From a virus: 64,000 nt of DNA. A program made the translations under genes and the position numbers. The stretch is taken from positions 1 through 64,000 of the IMG/VR virus record IMGVR_UViG_3300033153_008361. One strand, written 5' to 3'. Each line of letters opens with the position of its first letter. Positions within the stretch are counted from its first letter, which is position 1. The notes beneath the pieces were generated by a model. It was not told the origin of the DNA. It did no database searches and saw only the letters and a program-made list of their open reading frames with translations. Below are positions 20,843 to 30,330 of the stretch, in pieces.

Positions 20843-20943
20843 CACACACGTCCTTTAGCCGCTTGACCACAATGGCTCGATGAGCCTGAGCGGTGCGAAC
20901 TCGATGCACGATCTCAATGCCCAAGATCGTGAACACGAGACAG

Positions 20944-21399
20944 CTAAACGCCACTGTCAATATTGTTGTTTGGTTCATGCCTTACTCCTTTGCCTCTTTC
21001 CGAGACCTCAAAAATTGGAAACAGTTTCCAATCAATATCACACTCAGCCGCTATATGAAAATAAATGGGTTCAATCTCAAATTCCAGTCGACTTATCTTG
21101 TTTACCCACGCCTCAGTTAGCCTTATATTCTTAATGGTACAAACCAATTCACCAGCATAGGGGTTGTCTAACAAGCCTATCGGAACGTGCCGGATCTCAA
21201 TATGGCCCTGGTCGATATTCTGCACCCACTCGAAGGCCGCAGAACTGCATCTGAAAATGACGTAAGGGGATTTCCCGCCACGCCACATGAGCCGGTGAAT
21301 GCCAAGCATATCCCACATGGGCTCTATTCTCTCATCAGGACGATGCCAGAAAACACACATATGGTTAGCCATCATGGGCTGTTCAATCGGTTTCATCAT
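20944..21399 (-). CDS. hypothetical protein
   Basis: ORF track. Confidence 0.5.
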   Translation of the reverse strand: MMKPIEQPMMANHMCVFWHRPDERIEPMWDMLGIHRLMWRGGKSPYVIFRCSSAAFEWVQNIDQGHIEIRHVPIGLLDNPYAGELVCTIKNIRLTEAWVNKISRLEFEIEPIYFHIAAECDIDWKLFPIFEVSERGKGVRHEPNNNIDSGV

Positions 21400-21670
21400 C
21401 TAATACCTCTTGTTCTAATTTTTCCGCTTCCGGTAACGGAGTCTCCATCATCTCGATCAGGTCCACAACAACACCGGCCGGTGTCCCGTTCGCCAACAGT
21501 CGCTTAACCTTATCCAGGATGTGATAAGACCGAAGCAACGACTCATGAAGTTTCATGCTCTGTATTTTAGATAGCATGATAAGATCAATCTCAAATGGAT
21601 TACACTTACCCATGTACTCAACCGGCCGTAATACAGTTTTCATACCCCGGATCTCATCAAAATCATTCAT
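21383..21670 (-). CDS. hypothetical protein
   Basis: ORF track. It has a GGAAAAG RBS. Confidence 0.5.
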   Translation of the reverse strand: MNDFDEIRGMKTVLRPVEYMGKCNPFEIDLIMLSKIQSMKLHESLLRSYHILDKVKRLLANGTPAGVVVDLIEMMETPLPEAEKLEQEVLDDETD

Positions 21671-21860
21671 CGCACTTTTCCTTTAGGTGTTGCTCTATTT
21701 TCCTGGTTGTCGCAAAAAACGCTTTTGTGTCATTTGCTCTAGTGTAATAACCAAGATCGTGAATTAAATCGGAGAGATCAGGATCGCTAGTTGTAAACAA
21801 CCTGGAAACATAAAAATATGCAAGTGCCTTAGCTTCTAAAATCTCTATGCTTTCCGACAT
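21663..21860 (-). CDS. hypothetical protein
   Basis: ORF track. It has an AGGAGAAGG RBS. Confidence 0.5.
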   Translation of the reverse strand: MSESIEILEAKALAYFYVSRLFTTSDPDLSDLIHDLGYYTRANDTKAFFATTRKIEQHLKEKCDE

Positions 21861-21869
21861 AGCCTTCTC

Positions 21870-22568
21870 CTAGTATTCGCTGGAAGCCAAGAAACCCTTC
21901 CCGTTGACCTCGGTCCATTTCTTCGCCGTCAAATCTACAAGCCAGATGCCCGCAGACTCATCATGTTCGCCATTTTTAATGATTTCCTCGGGCAACTCTT
22001 TGAGACTTGGCGGCCAATCATCTTCATACCAGAAGATGGCGAACTTTTCATCACCGCCCATCCGAGACCACCCATCATATTTCTGACCCTCGTAGTAATC
22101 CTCACGCTTCTCTCCAAGGCGCTTTACCCACAACTCGGTTGCTTCCTGCCAGGACTCAGCCACGTAATGGTCAGTCTCATCCTTCCACACATACAATTCG
22201 GCCGGCGCAAAAAACCCGATTGTGTCCCAAACCTCGTAATAATTGCGCCATATCTCGACCTGGGTAGGGGGACGGTAGCCGCGGCCGGTTATCTGAGCCA
22301 TTGTCCTGACATGGGCGTCCGGGATCTCATCCTCTTTCTGAAACTGCAACAGGGTCTCTCTCTGAGCAGGCCCCAAGTACCGTCCCAAGATCCGTTCATC
22401 TGTCAAATTTTCATCTCGATCCATAACTCTCTCCTTCGCGCTCCAAGACCATAAATTATTTTGTTTCTCAAACAACGCCGCTCTCCAAACAGCGATCTTA
22501 ATAGACTCCATAATAATCGGAAAAGCCTTCGCCACGGCCGACAGGCCGTAAGCTGACCTATTTTTCAT
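21870..22568 (-). CDS. hypothetical protein
   Basis: ORF track. It is 232 aa and Trp/Glu-rich. Confidence 0.55.
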   Translation of the reverse strand: MKNRSAYGLSAVAKAFPIIMESIKIAVWRAALFEKQNNLWSWSAKERVMDRDENLTDERILGRYLGPAQRETLLQFQKEDEIPDAHVRTMAQITGRGYRPPTQVEIWRNYYEVWDTIGFFAPAELYVWKDETDHYVAESWQEATELWVKRLGEKREDYYEGQKYDGWSRMGGDEKFAIFWYEDDWPPSLKELPEEIIKNGEHDESAGIWLVDLTAKKWTEVNGKGFLASSEY

Positions 22569-23001
22569 CGGCTCTCTTAGCTATTTCCTTTCGCAGGGCG
22601 ACAGCATAATCCTTGGCATATTGGCCGATGTCATTCATGGAAGACCGATGTTCATCATGCCACTCCAGCCAAAACACTGCAGCTTCTTTTCCGGTCTTTC
22701 CCTGAGCAGCCGCTAGATAGTCTTTCCGGCCCTGTGGTCCACCGATTACAATACTATCCAGACATACGGGCAATTCCCCCCGGCCGCTCTGGAAAAGTTC
22801 TTCCAGGGTGATGCCAAATGTATCCTTAACCCATTTGTCAACATAACCGTCTAATACAAAAATGGGAACATAGCCCTTTCCGCCTACTTCTTTCAAGGCA
22901 TAATTACCCCGCCCGAGAAGCAAACAGGCACAAGCAGCAACCTGGAAATCATCGGCCTTGATGGTATATTGGTCACTCATAGTTGTTAGTTCATATAACA
23001 T
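22558..23001 (-). CDS. hypothetical protein
   Basis: ORF track. AAGGAGTAAATATG forms the initiation region. Confidence 0.6.
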   Translation of the reverse strand: MLYELTTMSDQYTIKADDFQVAACACLLLGRGNYALKEVGGKGYVPIFVLDGYVDKWVKDTFGITLEELFQSGRGELPVCLDSIVIGGPQGRKDYLAAAQGKTGKEAAVFWLEWHDEHRSSMNDIGQYAKDYAVALRKEIAKRADEK

Positions 23002-23003
23002 AT

Positions 23004-23468
23004 TTACTCCTTATCTTTCCAATCGTCGGCCAGGGTGTACCGGGTACTATTCCAGTGAACGTGTTCCCCTGGCGCTTCCACTAAAACGCCCTTTCTTCGC
23101 AACGCATGAAGTGTGGCGTTTGAAGGTCCGCGGCTGTGTGTTAGTAGCCATGCACCCCGATAGTTCCATGAAAAATCGGTATAAGCCTCAATCCCGTGCT
23201 GCATGAAGATATAACACCGGTTATGGTTCATGAAGCGGACCAACCCTTGTTGATGGTCGCTCAAAGTCTCAATATCAGCTTTCATATTATGCCCCTTGAA
23301 GTATCTACGCGGATTGCGCCCATATCCGTACACACTTCCGCGCTTTCTCATGCGCCGTAGGACGAAACTAGCCCAAGATTCTGATATACCGGACATAGCT
23401 GCCAACTCATTTGTGGTATGCCCTGGGTGTTTTTCAACTATACCCTTTAACTCCCTGTCGGTGTTCAT
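23004..23468 (-). CDS. HTH-containing protein
   Basis: The N-terminal TTNELAAMSGISESWASFVLRRMRKRG looks like a winged-helix or HTH domain. Confidence 0.5.
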   Translation of the reverse strand: MNTDRELKGIVEKHPGHTTNELAAMSGISESWASFVLRRMRKRGSVYGYGRNPRRYFKGHNMKADIETLSDHQQGLVRFMNHNRCYIFMQHGIEAYTDFSWNYRGAWLLTHSRGPSNATLHALRRKGVLVEAPGEHVHWNSTRYTLADDWKDKE

Positions 23469-23782
23469 TCTTCTTCCGAGCCATCTTCTAGTTCAAGGGC
23501 GCTTGGATCAATCCAAATGTCTTGAACCACATCGCCCTCAACAACCATGATAACCGGGAAAGTCGCCGTACAACCTGTGCAAACTAACATGGGCTTATCG
23601 GTATCCTCATCGACCAGGAACATCTTTTTCATAGGATGACGACAGTCGCCCACAGGCTGACTCATCAACTCGGCCGTTTCCACAGTGACGGTAGCGGTTC
23701 GTATTTCCTTTTCGGCCGGCAGCTGGGGATCTGGCTGAGCCTCGGGCTGGGGTTTCTTTCTCTTGCCTTTTCTAAAAGCCAT
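23465..23782 (-). CDS. hypothetical protein
   Basis: ORF track. It has a TAATG junction. Confidence 0.5.
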   Translation of the reverse strand: MAFRKGKRKKPQPEAQPDPQLPAEKEIRTATVTVETAELMSQPVGDCRHPMKKMFLVDEDTDKPMLVCTGCTATFPVIMVVEGDVVQDIWIDPSALELEDGSEEE

Positions 23783-24042
23783 TAGTACGGAGACTCCTTA
23801 CCTAAAAGGTCTGTAAGATGACACTCTCCAATCGTATCCATAATCAGTTTTGGCATACTTCCAACGTGGATCCGGGGAATTAAGACCCACCAAACACTAC
23901 CGTCTGATGTCGCTGGATAAAGAGCCATCATTGGAACACCCAACGGCTCATACCAATACCAGCGGCCGGGCTCGATTTCGAGATCCCCATCCAGCCCAAC
24001 CGGGCCAAAGGTCTTAACAATTTTAGTTTCTTCTTCTTCCAT
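23782..24042 (-). CDS. hypothetical protein
   Basis: ORF track. It has an AAGGAGCGATATG start region. Confidence 0.55.
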   Translation of the reverse strand: MEEEETKIVKTFGPVGLDGDLEIEPGRWYWYEPLGVPMMALYPATSDGSVWWVLIPRIHVGSMPKLIMDTIGECHLTDLLGKESPY

Positions 24043-24051
24043 ATCGCTCCT

Positions 24052-24351
24052 TTAGACAAACACCGAGAAAACCAAAATGATGAAAGCCACAATTATGAGG
24101 ATGAGGATCGCACGGTTCATTGTGCGCTGCCTGTCATAGCGGTCCCTCAGCTTGTCATACTGCTCAGCATAAATGAGTTCTCGGAAGGTCTCACCGCCGT
24201 CCTCGCTGGCCGCAAACTGACCGTCCTCAGTACGGATCATGACAATGAGATTGTCATCCTCGATAAACATCTTCATATCGACAAGATCCTCACCCGCATC
24301 ACCTACGGTTACTTCTGCCCATCCATCAGGCGGGTTAGAACGGGATTTCAT
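24052..24351 (-). CDS. small protein with C-terminal transmembrane helix
   Basis: The C-terminus is AILILIIVAFIILVFSVFV. Confidence 0.5.
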   Translation of the reverse strand: MKSRSNPPDGWAEVTVGDAGEDLVDMKMFIEDDNLIVMIRTEDGQFAASEDGGETFRELIYAEQYDKLRDRYDRQRTMNRAILILIIVAFIILVFSVFV

Positions 24352-24748
24352 CTTCTTCCTCTGGATGCTGCTGGCCCTGGCTTTGCGTCCTTTCGCCGGC
24401 GTCTCCGCCAGAAACGAATCGCCATTCAGTGACAGTGATCTCGTAAGAAGCTGCCATTACCCCGTCTTTCCGCTCGTAGACACGGGGATTACCAGTCTGT
24501 GGATCGGGTTTTAACCGTCCCTCGACATAAATGGCCTGTCCCTTGATGAAGTGCTCATTGATCACTTCGGCCGACTTGTTCCATGCTGAGCACCGAACCC
24601 AAACGGTCTCTTTCATCTGTTCGCCCTCAGCATTTTTCCAGGTCCGGTTTGTCGCCACGCTGAAATTGGTGACGGCCGTACCGTCCGCCATGTAGCTCAT
24701 GGTCGGATCTTGTCCTAGATTTCCTAACAGAATTACTTTGTTGTGCAT
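24335..24748 (-). CDS. ssb: single-stranded DNA-binding protein
   Basis: The OB-fold N-terminus is NKVILLGNLGQDP..VTNFSVATN. The acidic tail ends in EEEDEIPF. Confidence 0.9.
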   Translation of the reverse strand: MHNKVILLGNLGQDPTMSYMADGTAVTNFSVATNRTWKNAEGEQMKETVWVRCSAWNKSAEVINEHFIKGQAIYVEGRLKPDPQTGNPRVYERKDGVMAASYEITVTEWRFVSGGDAGERTQSQGQQHPEEEDEIPF

Positions 24749-24756
24749 GATTTCTC

Positions 24757-24912
24757 CTAACTTGTTCGATATGATTTTTTGTGGCGAGTCCCTACGTGCT
24801 TCCAGGTCTCGGTAAACCCCTTTCGCTTGTTGCCCTTGACCGTTATTTTAATCTCTGCCCGCTGATGGCAAATCGGGCATTGTCTGATAACCACTTCGCT
24901 TTTTGCGCCCAT
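24757..24912 (-). CDS. 51-aa hypothetical protein (below the ORF-track cutoff)
   Basis: Hand translation gives MGAKSEVVIRQCPICHQRAEIKITVKGNKRKGFTETWKHVGTRHKKSYRTS. GGAG lies upstream. It fills the gap before ssb. Confidence 0.35.
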   Translation of the reverse strand: MGAKSEVVIRQCPICHQRAEIKITVKGNKRKGFTETWKHVGTRHKKSYRTS

Positions 24913-24913
24913 G

Positions 24914-25156
24914 CTACTCCTTCGGCTCAATAACTAATAAGCCGGACCAAGCAACGAGACCCGCTTGTACTTCACCTTCCATATTGATAGTCCAGCACTG
25001 AGCCAGGTCATCACTATATTCATGGACGAACACACACCGCCCGGCCGCCTTTTCCCAAAACCAACCGATGTCCTTATCTTCTTCCTGGACTTCCGGGACT
25101 TGCCGATTACCGCACCAAACACAATCTAACCGGCGAACTAAATTAAATTCATCCAT
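24914..25156 (-). CDS. hypothetical protein
   Basis: ORF track. It has a TAATG junction. Confidence 0.5.
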   Translation of the reverse strand: MDEFNLVRRLDCVWCGNRQVPEVQEEDKDIGWFWEKAAGRCVFVHEYSDDLAQCWTINMEGEVQAGLVAWSGLLVIEPKE

Positions 25157-25563
25157 TATTTGTTCAGAACGTTTCCGCCCTTCTCCTGAGACTTCCGATA
25201 ACCCGATAGCTCCTGTGGGTCCATGGTCTCATCAATCGGTTGGGCTAACCCACGTCCCCCAAAAAGCCGCTTCCGATGAGCGGCCCGCTTCATAACTTCC
25301 TGGTAAACCCGTTCTCCCTTTTCCCGGTCCGCCCCGTTGGGGAAGAAAACACCCTCGGGATCGTCTCGATAATCAATGACGCCTATACCAGTGGCCTCAC
25401 CGGTCGCATCATCGATCTCGACATACATAGCAAGACCTACAAGGTGCAGAACTTGGCGGTTGACTTCTTGAAGATAACCAATGTCCCTGAATTCTTCCAG
25501 AGACAATTCCTTTAAGGTTTCTTCTGTTTTTTCACTCTTAATAACTAATTTTCTTTTTGCCAT
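25156..25563 (-). CDS. hypothetical protein
   Basis: ORF track. It has an AGGAAGGAAAT RBS. Confidence 0.55.
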   Translation of the reverse strand: MAKRKLVIKSEKTEETLKELSLEEFRDIGYLQEVNRQVLHLVGLAMYVEIDDATGEATGIGVIDYRDDPEGVFFPNGADREKGERVYQEVMKRAAHRKRLFGGRGLAQPIDETMDPQELSGYRKSQEKGGNVLNK

Positions 25564-25921
25564 ATTTCCTTCCTTTTTCTACAGTAAGTTTTAGACGCCA
25601 GAGAGTCATGATTCGGCCGGATTTGGTTTCCTCGTTGCCCTCTGGCTGGAAGCCCATAGCCTTAAACCAAAGATTGGCTGGAAGATCCGCCGGCACCTTT
25701 GCAAAGATGCTCGTTGGCTGAGGCCCTGGATTTGCCCGAGCCCTAGCCTTAACAATATTCAGCATGGTCGTGGCCTTGCTTTGGCGCTGGTACTTGGGAA
25801 GCACGATTATCTCATGAATCGTGACCTGACCGTCCTTCCGTTTATGGAAATGGCACAGGCCGCCAAGCGTAAGGATTAATTCATCTTTTTGGGCGCTGGC
25901 CCACAGCGGTTCAAATATCAT
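25538..25921 (-). CDS. GNAT-like acetyltransferase (tentative)
   Basis: The size and the IIVLPKYQRQSKATTML segment fit GNAT motif A loosely. Confidence 0.4.
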   Translation of the reverse strand: MIFEPLWASAQKDELILTLGGLCHFHKRKDGQVTIHEIIVLPKYQRQSKATTMLNIVKARARANPGPQPTSIFAKVPADLPANLWFKAMGFQPEGNEETKSGRIMTLWRLKLTVEKGRKYGKKKISY

Positions 25922-26253
25922 TCTTTTTCTCCGTCATGTATTTCCCGTGTCCTGACCTCAGCATCAGGCCAGATGTCCTTAGCAATCTCCCCTGGGATAA
26001 TCGGCGATTGGCCGACCCGAAAGAATTTTGGCTGGCCCGGCTGGTCTGTAGCCACTCGAAGGTGAAATGAGCTCGGCGGCTGGCTTTTTAGACCGATCTG
26101 CGGGGAATAATGTGTCAACATCACACCCCATGACAGAACCTTCGCCACAATAAAATAAACTCCATGATAACATGGGTCTAAATCAGAGAATGGGTTGATC
26201 TGAACAACATCCCCTAGTTTTACTTCTTCTGGATCTACTATTTCTTTATTCAC
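25918..26253 (-). CDS. hypothetical protein
   Basis: ORF track. It has a GTG start with an AAGGAG RBS. Confidence 0.5.
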   Translation of the reverse strand: MNKEIVDPEEVKLGDVVQINPFSDLDPCYHGVYFIVAKVLSWGVMLTHYSPQIGLKSQPPSSFHLRVATDQPGQPKFFRVGQSPIIPGEIAKDIWPDAEVRTREIHDGEKE

Positions 26254-26671
26254 TTGTTTCTCCTTGAATTAACATCTTTTTATCAACAAATACCCCAACC
26301 TCAACCTCGGAAGTAACCCGGCCGTCAGGTAACATCAAATAGGCAAAGAACGCGGTCCGCGCCCCTAACACCTTGGACGAAACGCACCGGCTTTTTACAT
26401 CGTGATACAACATAGTAGCCGCTTGCCTTCGAGCAGCTACGATGTCACCAGTCTTGGACTCCAGAACCGGCCACACAACCCGGAAGAAATCATCTCCGAT
26501 CTTAAAGCCCAACATGCACCTAGCTTCGCCGGTCTCGGGGTGTTTCCCGACAGACTGGATGAGAACAGACCCGCCAACTTCCTCGATCAGCTTCTCAGAC
26601 CGATCAAACCATGTGCTATGGCCTGATTTGCTGGTTTTCCAATAATTTATGTCCTCAGCGTAAATGGTCAT
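26246..26671 (-). CDS. hypothetical protein
   Basis: Start moved to ATG 26671 (MTIYAEDI), in an ATGA overlap with the upstream stop. Confidence 0.55.
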   Translation of the reverse strand: MTIYAEDINYWKTSKSGHSTWFDRSEKLIEEVGGSVLIQSVGKHPETGEARCMLGFKIGDDFFRVVWPVLESKTGDIVAARRQAATMLYHDVKSRCVSSKVLGARTAFFAYLMLPDGRVTSEVEVGVFVDKKMLIQGETSE

Positions 26672-26967
26672 TCTATACCCTTCCACTCGTAATGAGATCC
26701 TTTATGGTCAATCACTGTCTCATATCTAACAAGGCCGTAAGTAGCAAGTATGGACAGTAACGAGCTAGTGTTTCTCCGGCTAATATGCAACTTGGCCGCT
26801 ACTTCCACACAGCGCATTGGCCCATTAGCATTAATTAAAGTTACGGCTTGTTTTTGCCTTTCACCGAGGCCGTGCAGAAGCAAGCCATAAAGCGCATCTG
26901 TTGTCTCAGGATGCCCGTTTTTTTTGGACAATTTATACATATAAGCGATTTCAGCTACTTTTATCAT
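26668..26967 (-). CDS. winged-helix (MarR-like) DNA-binding protein
   Basis: The segment MRCVEVAAKLHISRRNTSSLLSILATYGLV is wHTH-like. Confidence 0.55.
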   Translation of the reverse strand: MIKVAEIAYMYKLSKKNGHPETTDALYGLLLHGLGERQKQAVTLINANGPMRCVEVAAKLHISRRNTSSLLSILATYGLVRYETVIDHKGSHYEWKGIE

Positions 26968-27287
26968 TCGGGCTCATCCTCATAGGGCGTATCTACGTAT
27001 ATCCCGTACACTATCGAACCCTTTGGCTTGGCCGGTTGCCGATGAATTGATAACCGAATCTTATCCTTCATCTCAAATGACATAAAATAATAATTCCAAG
27101 CAAGTCCCGGTAGCATCTTTAACAAGCCAAGACCTGGGTAATAATCCCGATGCTTACTTTGTTTCCCGGACGCATACCGCATCACCCGCGTCACTCGTAC
27201 CCTGATTCCCATTTTGTCGAAAGCCTTCTCACGCCAGGGCTCATCATATAGCGCCACGGAGATCGAGTGAACCGGCCATTTAGTCAT
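26964..27287 (-). CDS. hypothetical protein
   Basis: ORF track. The start is ambiguous. I prefer ATG 27287 (8-nt overlap) over 27332 (53-nt overlap). Confidence 0.45.
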   Translation of the reverse strand: MTKWPVHSISVALYDEPWREKAFDKMGIRVRVTRVMRYASGKQSKHRDYYPGLGLLKMLPGLAWNYYFMSFEMKDKIRLSIHRQPAKPKGSIVYGIYVDTPYEDEPE

Positions 27288-27669
27288 CTTTTTCCGTAAA
27301 TGCCTGAATGATGCGGCATATGGCCGAAGCATCTACCCCGTATTCGGCCGCTAATTCTGCCTGTGTGACATCTCCAACCGCATACCGCTTTGGTATCTCA
27401 AAAAGCTGTGCTGGAGTTAGCTTTTTTCTGGTGCGCCTGAGTTCCACAATGTAGCCGTCTGCATCCCTGAGTTCGCCTTCCTGTCCTTCTTGTAATTGTT
27501 CCAGGGCTAACTCGCTGGCCCGACCAAAGGGAAGTCGGCCGTCACCATCTGTGTGCCATACATAGGCATAGTCCTTGACAGCCCTTTGTAGGGCTACAGC
27601 CGGACTTTTTCCTGCCTTTAAGTGACTATCTAGGGCCGTGAAGAAGTATTCTCGTTTTTGTTTATCCAT
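27280..27669 (-). CDS. HTH protein
   Basis: The C-terminal VTQAELAAEYGVDASAICRIIQ is an HTH. Confidence 0.55.
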   Translation of the reverse strand: MDKQKREYFFTALDSHLKAGKSPAVALQRAVKDYAYVWHTDGDGRLPFGRASELALEQLQEGQEGELRDADGYIVELRRTRKKLTPAQLFEIPKRYAVGDVTQAELAAEYGVDASAICRIIQAFTEKDD

Positions 27670-27901
27670 CTTCCCACTCTGCTACTGTTGTAACCGCTAA
27701 GAAAATCATTCCACCAAGGTTCAATGGCGTGATGGCTACTTGTTTTATAGTTACACTTGACGAATATTCGGCATACATCATTTTCATGGCATCTGAAACG
27801 GCCTTATCAATTCGAGCACATACCTCTTGGGCCGTACTAGACCAAGTTCCTTCCGGGGTAACAACCCCCTGAGTCATAACAGTTCTTGTGGCCGTGTTCA
27901 T
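27662..27901 (-). CDS. hypothetical protein
   Basis: ORF track. It has an ATGA junction. Confidence 0.5.
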   Translation of the reverse strand: MNTATRTVMTQGVVTPEGTWSSTAQEVCARIDKAVSDAMKMMYAEYSSSVTIKQVAITPLNLGGMIFLAVTTVAEWEDG

Positions 27902-28386
27902 CCCTGTCTCCGTTTTTTGCGAACAATCATAGAGATCGCAGCCTGAGAAACCCCGTAATATTGAGCCAATCGAACCTGGGTGATATTGCCGGTCTCGTAC
28001 TTTTCCACAATGGCCGCCACTTCCTCGGGATCTAGCTTGTGCATGTACCCAACCTTCCCTTTCTCCAGCCGGCCGAAATACTCCGTAGCCGCGTCAATCA
28101 CATGCTCAGGGCCACCCATCATGTCAGTGAAGCGATGAGTCATAGCCCCGCCATCGAGCATCTTGTCTCGAAGCCGTACACAGGCATCCGACAGCCCCTG
28201 GTTTTCCTGCTCAGCAAGTTCCAGCTTTGCCAGGAGAGCAACGGCTTCGCCAACGATGCAATAACCATCATGTTCGATCTCATCTACCTCTGCTCCCCGA
28301 CTTTCGCACATCGAACATTCATACCCGGCCGATGTATGAGGTCCGATCATTACTTCTTCAATGTAATCACCAATTATGGAAGCCAT
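27898..28386 (-). CDS. HTH protein
   Basis: The C-terminal ITQVRLAQYYGVSQAAISMIVRKK is an HTH. It has an AGGAG RBS. Confidence 0.55.
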   Translation of the reverse strand: MASIIGDYIEEVMIGPHTSAGYECSMCESRGAEVDEIEHDGYCIVGEAVALLAKLELAEQENQGLSDACVRLRDKMLDGGAMTHRFTDMMGGPEHVIDAATEYFGRLEKGKVGYMHKLDPEEVAAIVEKYETGNITQVRLAQYYGVSQAAISMIVRKKRRQG

Positions 28387-28387
28387 G

Positions 28388-28639
28388 CTATTTATCTCCT
28401 GCTACAGGTGAGTTGAATATGTCAACTAGCTCATGCAAATCCCAGCTGGCACCGGAACTCTCCATAAGGTTCGCCTGTAGAATATGCTTTATACACGTTT
28501 CTTTTTGCCCGGTGAGGATTTCTTCGACATCAACGCCCATCATTTCAAGCATGGTCGCCAATGCCAATGCCCGAAGATGCCAATGGTCTTTGTCATGAAA
28601 AACTTTATTGACTAATGAATCAGGAACCACTATCCGCAT
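28388..28639 (-). CDS. hypothetical protein
   Basis: ORF track. It has a GGGGGAAAC RBS. Confidence 0.5.
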   Translation of the reverse strand: MRIVVPDSLVNKVFHDKDHWHLRALALATMLEMMGVDVEEILTGQKETCIKHILQANLMESSGASWDLHELVDIFNSPVAGDK

Positions 28640-29118
28640 ATTTGTTTCCCCCTTCGATGAAGCTGCCTGTTAATTTCTTTTTCAATCTCATCCGGGACCT
28701 GCCAAAGGCTTAAATGCCCGCGGGCCGGGATTGGTTCATCCAATTTAATCACATCCTCGAATACCCACCCATAAGGCCCAAAGAACCATTTGTCATGACT
28801 CTCAATGACAACCCTGGCTATAACGGCCGTGGCAACAATCTTGCCCAACGGCACAGGAACTACATGGACCTCACGCTTGCTTATTCGCAAGATGCTTTCG
28901 GCCGAGAAGTGATCCATCCCCAAGCTGGCATGTAGCGCGATCCGCTGGCCGAGTGCATCGAATCTAAGATTGTTGACTAGCATTTGCAAGGGCGTAGCAT
29001 AGCCAGATAAATAATCATGATAATCCCCTCTTTGGGCATCCTTGATGATCCGCTCATTGATCCCGGCCGCTTTCAGGGCATCAACTAACTTCTTAATCGT
29101 CGGCCAGTCGTCTGACAT
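28630..29118 (-). CDS. ASCH (PUA-like) domain protein (tentative)
   Basis: The C-terminal half, VVPVPLGKIVATAVIARVV...PARGHLSLWQVP, resembles phage ASCH domains. Confidence 0.45.
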   Translation of the reverse strand: MSDDWPTIKKLVDALKAAGINERIIKDAQRGDYHDYLSGYATPLQMLVNNLRFDALGQRIALHASLGMDHFSAESILRISKREVHVVPVPLGKIVATAVIARVVIESHDKWFFGPYGWVFEDVIKLDEPIPARGHLSLWQVPDEIEKEINRQLHRRGKQICG

Positions 29119-29507
29119 TATTCCCCCTTGTCCGCTTGGTCAGGACTTACGTCCGGCCGATCAGGGCTCTTATCTGGCTTGTCCGGGCTTTCGCTCGGTG
29201 GCTCGGACCATATCGGGATGGTAAAGACCGAATTGAATAACTCAGCCGACATGATGATGTTCTTGCTGAAAAACTCCTGTTGTTCCTTCAATTCCTTGCT
29301 CTGGTTGATGAGCAATAATAGTAGGGGTTCTGTGTCTACCGTAGTTTTTCCATAGTCCGGTATATCTATATCCGTGCCTTTCTCTCTGCCCCGACGAACA
29401 GCATTTATTATCTTGTCCAGGGCTTTCACCCTGGTATCAATAGTTGCCAATTGTCCCAGTACAACATTCACCCTCGATATAGCCGTGTCCCTTTTTTGGT
29501 TATTCAT
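29118..29507 (-). CDS. hypothetical protein with Pro/Asp/Ser-rich tail
   Basis: ATG 29507 follows the upstream stop (TAACCATG). The tail is SEPPSESPDKPDKSPDRPDVSPD. Confidence 0.5.
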   Translation of the reverse strand: MNNQKRDTAISRVNVVLGQLATIDTRVKALDKIINAVRRGREKGTDIDIPDYGKTTVDTEPLLLLLINQSKELKEQQEFFSKNIIMSAELFNSVFTIPIWSEPPSESPDKPDKSPDRPDVSPDQADKGE

Positions 29508-29509
29508 GG

Positions 29510-30085
29510 TTAATCCCAATCCTGGTCATGAAATTGACCGCCTTCCTGAATTTTGCGGAAGCGATCATAATCATGTAAATAAATGAAGTCCTGAACGTCC
29601 GCATCCTTAACCGTCGGCCGAGTTTGCCCAACCATATACTTGTCCAGGGCCTCGCACTCAGCTTCTGGACGATCTCCAACCCTCACCAGAAGAAGATCCC
29701 CCAACTGGTAAACATCGACATTGTTGAACCCTTCAACCCATACCCTTTCAATAGTGTCCCGGCCGATCGTGGATGACATCATTGATTTGCAATAGGTGGG
29801 CTCTAACGCTCCATCAATATTGTGCCAGGAAGTCACCCCTTTATTATCGACTACCTGGACCTCGACTGTCCATGCTTTAGAAGCTATCGGGTACGAATGG
29901 TCAAAGAATGAGTCTACCTTTGCTGTTGCTTTCACGGCCGCTTCATCTCGGTTATCAGCGTAGACCTTCTCTATTACATAGAAGGTCTGGTCTACCTTTA
30001 CCCTGGCCCTGAAAACCGGGGGACATTGATGACTGTCGGCCGGACCAAACTTCCCGCAAATTCCACATCTTTTATAATTGCTCAT
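29510..30085 (-). CDS. hypothetical protein
   Basis: ORF track. The N-terminus contains CGICG..HQC. Confidence 0.55.
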   Translation of the reverse strand: MSNYKRCGICGKFGPADSHQCPPVFRARVKVDQTFYVIEKVYADNRDEAAVKATAKVDSFFDHSYPIASKAWTVEVQVVDNKGVTSWHNIDGALEPTYCKSMMSSTIGRDTIERVWVEGFNNVDVYQLGDLLLVRVGDRPEAECEALDKYMVGQTRPTVKDADVQDFIYLHDYDRFRKIQEGGQFHDQDWD

Positions 30086-30330
30086 GCTAACCCCCTTATC
30101 TCCGCTTCGATCTCCTGGATTTGTCGTTTGAGACCGCGGGCCTCAAATTCGATTAATTCCAGTTCTTCTTTCATATCTGGTAGTTTTTTACGAAGTTCGG
30201 CCAGTTTTTCAGCATTTTCGGCCTTTTTTCGGTCGTTTTTCAGCACTTCCACAGCTTCATCAGAACCGAAATGAAGCCGCGTCATAGCGGAACAAAAATC
30301 AATTGTTTCGTCGGTCTGATGTTTAGCCAT
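30082..30330 (-). CDS. hypothetical coiled-coil protein
   Basis: ORF track. It has a GGGGGGATA RBS. Confidence 0.5.
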   Translation of the reverse strand: MAKHQTDETIDFCSAMTRLHFGSDEAVEVLKNDRKKAENAEKLAELRKKLPDMKEELELIEFEARGLKRQIQEIEAEIRGLA